IMG/VR virus record: IMGVR_UViG_3300027763_000081
Coordinates: 1 to 50,780 of that record
DNA from: a virus
Taxonomy: Duplodnaviria; Caudoviricetes
Strand: one strand, 5' to 3'
Length of the DNA stretch: 50,780 bases
Shown here: positions 45,351 to 50,780 of the stretch, one piece after another
Layout of the letters: every line of letters begins with the position of its first letter
How positions within the stretch are numbered: position 1 is the first letter of the stretch
Translations under genes and position numbers: made by a program
The notes under the pieces: generated by a model
The model's input: the letters and a program-made list of their open reading frames with translations, nothing else
The model's database searches: none
Told to the model about the DNA's origin: nothing

Positions 45351-45821
45351 TTACTCAATTGTGATGGTAAATATCTTGATGGCGTTTTGTGCACCAAAAT
45401 TATTTGACACAGCCACAAGGATGTCTACGACTGGGTCGTTCCCTGAAAATGCAAGAAACGCGTAGTAGTTGTTTGGTCTCACAGAAACATAAGTGGTTGA
45501 TACGTCGAAAGCGTCGACGTTAATTGGAGTCTCGTCGACATAACCAGTAAAGTCTTGGGTTGAAGATTCAACAAATGCAAACGAACCACCAGCAGGACCT
45601 GTCAATCCACTGTTTGGCTCCACCGAAATTACAAGCGTTGCGGTGTTGGTGAAACCAGTGAGTCTTTGCCATGTAGTAATAACTTCTTCCCCAATTGGTC
45701 CATTCATATTCAACCAATTGGCTGAGTTAATCTGCTGATCGCCAGTGGGCTTGATCCGACTCCGCTGCCTGCGGAAGATCGGGTTGGCATACATGAATTG
45801 AGTGCGGCTATGACGCTGCAT
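45351..45821 (-). CDS. Hypothetical beta-rich, virion-like protein
   Basis: 156 aa, AT-richer 3' part. Confidence 0.65.
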   Translation of the reverse strand: MQRHSRTQFMYANPIFRRQRSRIKPTGDQQINSANWLNMNGPIGEEVITTWQRLTGFTNTATLVISVEPNSGLTGPAGGSFAFVESSTQDFTGYVDETPINVDAFDVSTTYVSVRPNNYYAFLAFSGNDPVVDILVAVSNNFGAQNAIKIFTITIE

Positions 45822-46318
45822 CAGACCCCCGCGTAGAGGACGGTGATGGTGGGCTGACCGCTGCTGGCATACGAGAACACCTCGATATACTCGCAGCCCA
45901 GCGTGTCAACAAGGATGAAGCCGCCCGGAGTCGTAACGCTTGCGCCGTTGTAAAGCTTGGCATCACCCTGCGAAAGCGTCCACGAGGTCATCTCGTACGC
46001 GCTTCCAATTCCGGGGAGGCTGGTCTGCTGCGTGGTTGAGACGGTTCCAACAACGTAGGCAAGAAGCTGCGGAACATACGAGTTGCTTTCCAGCACGTAG
46101 TTCCAACCGTAGACGTAGAAGTTCTGGCTAGCCGTGTTCGCGCTGCTGTAGATCTTCAGCTTCAGGTAGTTCAGGCTTGCGCCGAACACCGTGCTGCCCG
46201 TTGCCGAGACCGGCTTGGTTGCAGTCAGCTTCTTGTCGGGAGCCGTTCCTGCCGTGCCCGCCGTGAAGGATGCCAGGTGGAAGTTCTTCGCGTCGGTCGT
46301 GAGTGTGACGTATGACAT
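45821..46318 (-). CDS. Hypothetical T/S/G-rich, virion-like protein
   Basis: MSYVTLTTDAK start after an AGGA RBS. Confidence 0.75.
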   Translation of the reverse strand: MSYVTLTTDAKNFHLASFTAGTAGTAPDKKLTATKPVSATGSTVFGASLNYLKLKIYSSANTASQNFYVYGWNYVLESNSYVPQLLAYVVGTVSTTQQTSLPGIGSAYEMTSWTLSQGDAKLYNGASVTTPGGFILVDTLGCEYIEVFSYASSGQPTITVLYAGV

Positions 46319-46811
46319 GGTGTTCCTGAGTGATGAGCCACCTGGCTGCCCACTCACCCGCTGCCCTGCGCTGGCCTGCTGTGCTGGTGGGGAGGACGAT
46401 CAGACCGATGGCGAACTCCTGCAGGATACGCATAAGGGAGTCAATCGCAAGACCCGGGTGCGGCTTTCCCGGCTTGATTATGGGTGTCCCCACCAGCCCT
46501 TCAAGGAGGAGCAGCGGGCGAGCGGTCTCGTCCCGGAGGCGGCGGCAGCACTCGGCGAACCGGCGTCGGCCGTCAGGGGTGAGGAGATTCTGGGTGATCT
46601 CGTCAAGAGAACCCTTGCGCTCGACAACCGCTGCTCCCCCATCAAGGGCGTAGTCGCCCGTCTTCATCGTACGCTTCTGGGTACGAAGGCGTACCGTAAT
46701 ACCCGACTGATGGCACGGATCCTTGTTGGGGTCAAGGCAGACGATGTACTCGGGGAATGTGAACGGCTTCTTCTCCCGCTCGTCAACAAGGATGGTGTAC
46801 TCCCGCTTCAC
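46128..46811 (-). CDS. ERCC4/XPF-domain nuclease (probable resolvase)
   Basis: ILVDEREK, KTGDYAL, VVERKGSLDE, LLLEG. Confidence 0.88.
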   Translation of the reverse strand: MKREYTILVDEREKKPFTFPEYIVCLDPNKDPCHQSGITVRLRTQKRTMKTGDYALDGGAAVVERKGSLDEITQNLLTPDGRRRFAECCRRLRDETARPLLLLEGLVGTPIIKPGKPHPGLAIDSLMRILQEFAIGLIVLPTSTAGQRRAAGEWAARWLITQEHHVIRHTHDRREELPPGILHGGHGRNGSRQEADCNQAGLGNGQHGVRRKPELPEAEDLQQREHG

Positions 46812-48691
46812 TAGCCAGGAGTATATGGGTCAACCGGATCCGACAACTTGAAGGTGAACGGAATGTCCCGACCGAACATCTCTTGGCAGGTGTCGAAGAT
46901 GCACCGCTGGATGGTGTGGTGCGTATCGTCGTAGGTATTGGACGTCTGGAATACCAGCTCGTCGTGCAGCTGCAGGGACATCTGGCAACTGTCCAGAAGC
47001 AGGGACATGTTGGTCTGGAGCATGGACATGAACACGGCGGCGTGACCCTGGACCATGAACGACGTGGTGTCGTGCATAGTTTTGGCGGCGCTGTGCATAT
47101 ATGCAATGCCGGCATGGTCCAGATACAGATTGCCGTTCGTACCTGCCTGGTGCCACATGGTCCTCGTGTTCCTGTAGTCAGTCCACTGAGTGAAGACCGG
47201 GAGTTCCGCGATCTCGTCCTTCGTGATGAGGTTGGCGGACGTGGCGATGGCTGTGCGCCATGCCTTGTCGACACCGCCGCCGTTGACCCCCACCAGCAGG
47301 GCGATCTTGGAGATGCTGCGGTTGCTGCCGAGGCTGGAGTACGGGTCGGGCGAGAAGGCGAAGTCGTACATCCGGCGGTCACGGGACAGGGCTGCTGCGA
47401 TGCGGAGCTCGAAGGCAGTCATGTCCATGTGGTACAGGCTGTCGCTGGTGGGGACCATGAGACTGCGCAGTTCCTTGGTCCAAGTCTGTGCGGCTGGTCG
47501 GCGGGCGGACAGGCGGGCGGACTGGGTGCCGCCGTCGTCCGTGGGTGCGCCGTACCACGAGGGGTAGCAGATCCGCTTGTTGCCCACGGTGACACAGCCG
47601 GAGTTGACGGTGATGCCTTGGCCGCGGCTGATCTTGTCGGCCAGGATCTTGCGGCACTCCTGCTCCATGGATTCGTACTTCGAGCAAGCATTCAACTTTA
47701 TCATCAGGTGTACGTTCATGTCGTACTCGAAGTCGTACTTGATGATTGCCGACAGGACGTTCCGATTCTCCCGGTTGTTGCGCACGCTGCGCTTCTTGTC
47801 GGAGTACTCAAGTAGTCCAGCATCATGCAGGTTGTACATGATGCGGTCGGCTTGGGTCACCGCGTCGTCGATGAGCTTGCCCTGCGTAGTGCCGCTGCCC
47901 TCGCCGGACAGGATGACGCCCATGGTAAGGAGGTCTGCCTCGTGCTTCTCGTAAGCGAGACGGCAGTCGTCCGCGTAGTCGAGTAGCTTGTCCTTCTGGA
48001 ATGCCTGGCCGGTGAGCGACAGGTTCTCGATGTTCCAGAGGCGGTCGGAGTGGAACATGATGGAGGATGGCGTGAGCTTCTGGCCACGCTCGTCGGCAAT
48101 GCGCTGGCACAGGGCGCGTGCTGCGAGCACGGCGTTGTGTGTGTCCTCCGCGTTGTACTTGATGGCGTCGGCGCACATCGGGAACTTGAACTTCCCGTCC
48201 TTGAGTGTGCGCTCGTAGGCGAACGCGCCAAGGGCTGGGCCAAGCGCTTTGAGCGAGCGCTCCTTGCGTGCACCGGAGTGGATCCACGAGAGGATCACGG
48301 TGTCCACAAGGGTGGGCTTTGGGTTACTGCTGAGGATGTAGTCCAGCGACTTGAACTGCCGCAGGTACATGAGGTCGTACACGATGTTCGAGCCGACGAT
48401 GGTGTCGGCCTTGCGCAGCATGTCCTCGACGACCATGATGTCGTTGCTGCACATGTCGATGACCGCTGATTCCCCAGGCTCCCAGCTGGTGGGGTCCGAC
48501 GGTTCGCCTTCGACGATGGTGATTGCGCATTGGGGAACCATGCGGCAGGGCAGGATGGTGCCGAGGTCAACCTTCGTGGAGAGTCCGGGATGGAAGACAG
48601 TCTGGTCGGGGCATGGTGCGCCCTTGTTCTCGAAGAACTCGAACGCGCCGTAGGTTTCGATGTCGAGCGAGATGATGAGTGGCTTGCTCAT
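46811..48691 (-). CDS. polA: DNA polymerase family A with 3'-5' exonuclease, divergent
   Basis: ExoI DIET, ExoII NIVYD, ExoIII YNAED; ARLS, motif A DMTAFELR, motif B RSISK, VQG, motif C HDE. Confidence 0.9.
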   Translation of the reverse strand: MSKPLIISLDIETYGAFEFFENKGAPCPDQTVFHPGLSTKVDLGTILPCRMVPQCAITIVEGEPSDPTSWEPGESAVIDMCSNDIMVVEDMLRKADTIVGSNIVYDLMYLRQFKSLDYILSSNPKPTLVDTVILSWIHSGARKERSLKALGPALGAFAYERTLKDGKFKFPMCADAIKYNAEDTHNAVLAARALCQRIADERGQKLTPSSIMFHSDRLWNIENLSLTGQAFQKDKLLDYADDCRLAYEKHEADLLTMGVILSGEGSGTTQGKLIDDAVTQADRIMYNLHDAGLLEYSDKKRSVRNNRENRNVLSAIIKYDFEYDMNVHLMIKLNACSKYESMEQECRKILADKISRGQGITVNSGCVTVGNKRICYPSWYGAPTDDGGTQSARLSARRPAAQTWTKELRSLMVPTSDSLYHMDMTAFELRIAAALSRDRRMYDFAFSPDPYSSLGSNRSISKIALLVGVNGGGVDKAWRTAIATSANLITKDEIAELPVFTQWTDYRNTRTMWHQAGTNGNLYLDHAGIAYMHSAAKTMHDTTSFMVQGHAAVFMSMLQTNMSLLLDSCQMSLQLHDELVFQTSNTYDDTHHTIQRCIFDTCQEMFGRDIPFTFKLSDPVDPYTPG

Positions 48692-48900
48692 TGGTTCTTC
48701 CTGATGTCGAAGGTCATGTTCTGGTGGATGCGCAACTGGGCTGTGGTGTAGTGACGGAGATGTCCGCCGTTGCAGAGAGCGATGCACCACACGTCGTTCT
48801 CGAACGTGCCGCCGTCACGGACGTATATGGCGTAGCCATCCTGTCCATCGCACGTGATGACAGGAATGGGCGTGTCGAATTGGTGGACGCTATTGCTCAC
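48688..48900 (-). CDS. Hypothetical small beta protein
   Basis: 70 aa, coupled to polA. Confidence 0.75.
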   Translation of the reverse strand: MSNSVHQFDTPIPVITCDGQDGYAIYVRDGGTFENDVWCIALCNGGHLRHYTTAQLRIHQNMTFDIRKNQ

Positions 48901-49081
48901 GGGCCTCGTACTCCTGGATCTTGGAGAGGTACATGGTGTTGCGAGCCTTGGCTTCCTTCAGTTCTTGCCGCAGCGTGGCGATGAGTTCGTTCTGCCGTTC
49001 GATCTGATTGGCAGCAGCAATCATGATCGAGGGAGCGAGGCACTCGCTGTTGGTGCGGAGTTTGTTGATGATGTCACTCAC
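48890..49081 (-). CDS. Small coiled-coil protein
   Basis: GTG start MSDIINKLR at a GTGA overlap. Confidence 0.7.
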   Translation of the reverse strand: MSDIINKLRTNSECLAPSIMIAAANQIERQNELIATLRQELKEAKARNTMYLSKIQEYEAREQ

Positions 49082-49278
49082 TTGTCTTCCTTCTTGTAGC
49101 AGTCCCATCCACGGTCGGCGGCAATGTCTTCTGGTGCGCTGTATACGGTGAGGCAGTCGGCCATAGTGCTGCAGTACATGCGCCTTGCTTGGTCGCGTTC
49201 TTCGGTGAGGGTTGCGATCTGCTTGCGCAGAGACATGATGAGAAATGCCATGCCTGTAATTGGATGATTGCTCATCAC
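49078..49278 (-). CDS. Hypothetical protein
   Basis: 66 aa; LTEERDQARR...RGWDCY. Confidence 0.7.
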   Translation of the reverse strand: MMSNHPITGMAFLIMSLRKQIATLTEERDQARRMYCSTMADCLTVYSAPEDIAADRGWDCYKKEDK

Positions 49279-49487
49279 TTGTCCTTCCAGATGTAGAGGT
49301 GGCCGGGGCCGTTGCCCTCGGGGTCACGCATGAACAGGCACTCGTACTTGGTGCCCTTCTTCTCGATGACTATTCCGTAGCAGGTCTCGTCGTTCTCATC
49401 GCTGTTGTCGACGATGACTTGGGTGATGATGCCGCCTACCAGGGGCAGGAGATGTTCGACTTCGGGGTCTGTGTTCTTCTTTGGCAT
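49275..49487 (-). CDS. Hypothetical protein, 70 aa
   Basis: MPKKNTDPEV after GAGGA; ends RDPEGNGPGHL. Confidence 0.75.
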   Translation of the reverse strand: MPKKNTDPEVEHLLPLVGGIITQVIVDNSDENDETCYGIVIEKKGTKYECLFMRDPEGNGPGHLYIWKDK

Positions 49488-49502
49488 GGGTTCCTCGGAT
49501 GT

Positions 49503-49872
49503 AAACCATGCGAGGGGTCGGCTCCGTCGTTGGGCCGACCCCTCGCTGGGCAGAAAGGATCGTGAAGATACTCCACCAGCCAGAGCCTTATCGTGGTGAC
49601 CGCGAGTGGCGTGCAAAGAACTGTGCGCGGATATCACGGCAGGGAGTATGCAGAGGCTTGGGTGCTCAGAGGAGGGCGGGTGGCTGGGGAGTACCGCTCC
49701 ATGCGTACGGTCCGTCGACCGCTCCCTGGTAAACCAGGACGCATGGTGTTCATGGGATTTAGCGATCGTTTGCAATCGATGCTAGATGTCCCATGGTTTG
49801 GTGGGGGCAGGTCATGGCGCTATGGACTGGCACAAGCCAGGGCATCCACGTCAGAGATCCATGCCTGCCCCC
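49503..49872. ncRNA. Candidate large structured ncRNA (about 370 nt)
   Basis: Five consecutive paired domains fill the intergenic space. Confidence 0.55.
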
Positions 49873-49878
49873 GTGTGA

Positions 49879-50487
49879 TTAGGACCACGAGGGTCGTGGA
49901 ATGTACGCGTCGCGAACAACCAGTTCGCCGGTGAATGCACAGATGGGACCGCGCATGTACTCGCCCGTGTTGAGGGCAGGCGGTTCACGCTGGGCCAGTT
50001 GCTTGGCCAGCGGGAAGTCGAGGTCCATCGGGTGCAGGCAGTCGATGTACTCCGCGCACTCGAGACCGGGCGGCATCATGCGGCACGGTTCGTCAAGGAT
50101 GCGGTAGTACAGGCGGGCGTACAGGTGGGAGTCATCGAGGTGGTCCGTGTTGATGAGGTAGATACCTCCCTTGGACAGGGCCTCGATGATGGTCCACAAC
50201 TCGTCGTGCAGTTCCTTGTTGAGCGTCAGCTCGTGGGGAGGGACGGGGACGATGCCGAACTCAAGCAGTTGGGCGCGGCCGGTGGTGGGCGGCGAGTGCT
50301 CAAGGTCGTAGACCATGGACCAGTACTGCTTGTCCTGGTCCTTCGGGTTGTTCTTGAGCAGGTCGTTGATGCACTCGGTGCGCTGCTTGAGGAAGTCCTT
50401 CTTGCGCTTGACTGCATCCTTCTGCAGTTCCTTGACGGGGTGCGGGCTGGTGAACGGACGGGTGCGGGATGCAAAGGTGGTGGTCAC
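49879..50487 (-). CDS. Conserved hypothetical protein, probably host-derived
   Basis: ELWTIIEAL...IYLINTDHLDDSHLY...RDAYIP. Confidence 0.8.
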   Translation of the reverse strand: MTTTFASRTRPFTSPHPVKELQKDAVKRKKDFLKQRTECINDLLKNNPKDQDKQYWSMVYDLEHSPPTTGRAQLLEFGIVPVPPHELTLNKELHDELWTIIEALSKGGIYLINTDHLDDSHLYARLYYRILDEPCRMMPPGLECAEYIDCLHPMDLDFPLAKQLAQREPPALNTGEYMRGPICAFTGELVVRDAYIPRPSWS

Positions 50488-50699
50488 TGGGAATCCTTGC
50501 TGTTGATCTGCTCTTCGAGGGACTTGATCTCGGACGTGAGCTTGTTGATGTGATCGATGGCCTCGATCAAACGCAGGCGTGCGTCGAGACCGGACTTGGC
50601 CAGGTCAGTCAGCGTCTGGTTGTTGAAGTTGTAGCAGTTGACGTAGTACTTGTCGGCACGCTCGGCAAAGTCAAGTGCCTTCTTGGCAGTGTCATTCAT
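50484..50699 (-). CDS. Small coiled-coil protein
   Basis: Start overlaps the UDG stop (ATGA) across the circular join. Confidence 0.75.
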   Translation of the reverse strand: MNDTAKKALDFAERADKYYVNCYNFNNQTLTDLAKSGLDARLRLIEAIDHINKLTSEIKSLEEQINSKDSQ

Positions 50700-50780
50700 A
50701 GCAAACCTTTCTGCCCTGCGGTCAGCAGGAGCTGGTGGGGAGAGACGATGCGTGGCTCCGACGAGGAGGGCATGTCTCCC
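50644..50780 (+). repeat. Terminal direct repeat, right copy
   Basis: Matches 1-136; this copy keeps ORF 50484-50699 in frame. Confidence 0.95.

Larger units (their letters stand above)
1..50780. mobile_element. Complete tailed bacteriophage genome (Caudoviricetes, podovirus-like gene order, probably lytic)
   Basis: TerL-portal-scaffold-capsid-adaptor-hub-ejection gene order, PolA/helicase/recombination genes, terminal redundancy; no integrase or tape-measure gene recognised. Confidence 0.95.

Noticed and set aside
49514-49578. GGGG...CTCCACCA suggesting tRNA-Ala or tmRNA ends
   Set aside because: No T-arm or cloverleaf; both segments are used in other stems.
49488-49775. Upstream extension of ORF 49275-49775
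   Set aside because: A good RBS and ATG lie at 49487; the extension is S/H/P-rich and crosses the structured region.
49762-49782. TTTGCAA loop resembling an Ala/Cys anticodon loop
   Set aside because: The stem register gives an 8-nt loop and no other tRNA arms are present.
1-50780. CRISPR array, DGR/retron, integrase/att site, stop-codon reassignment
   Set aside because: No spaced repeats, RT motifs or recombinase motifs were seen, and core genes are intact in the standard code with all three stops used. This was a by-eye scan, so short or degenerate cases could be missed.

Overview
The window is an apparently complete, circularly closable dsDNA tailed-phage genome of about 50.64 kb. Bases 1-136 repeat as 50644-50780 with one indel, and reading frames continue across the join. 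Three blocks are visible. (i) A minus-strand early/replication arm wraps through the ends (about 38844-50699, then 52-5425). It encodes a family-4-like uracil-DNA glycosylase, a DUF932-like protein, three OB-fold/SSB-like proteins, a Sak4-like ATPase, a PD-(D/E)XK nuclease, an ERCC4-type nuclease, a metallophosphoesterase, a membrane/lysis-like cassette and a very divergent family A DNA polymerase. (ii) A D5/SF3 helicase with no primase domain sits next to a palindrome-rich non-coding region. (iii) A plus-strand podovirus-like morphogenesis operon (7377-38855) holds terminase, portal, scaffold, major capsid, adaptor, fibre, a 34-Cys protein, tail hub and ejection proteins. I found no integrase, tRNA, CRISPR array, reverse transcriptase, primase or recognisable endolysin. 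The strongest leads are three long, densely base-paired intergenic regions (candidate ncRNAs or ssDNA signals), a PolA with a remodelled nucleotide-selection site, an unannotated duplicated cassette of tiny Lys-rich peptides after the capsid gene, a Cys-rich tail-tip module, and an endolysin-less lysis cassette with a u-spanin-like protein. All family calls come from motifs read by eye, not from database searches. The host (possibly Planctomycetota) is an inference.
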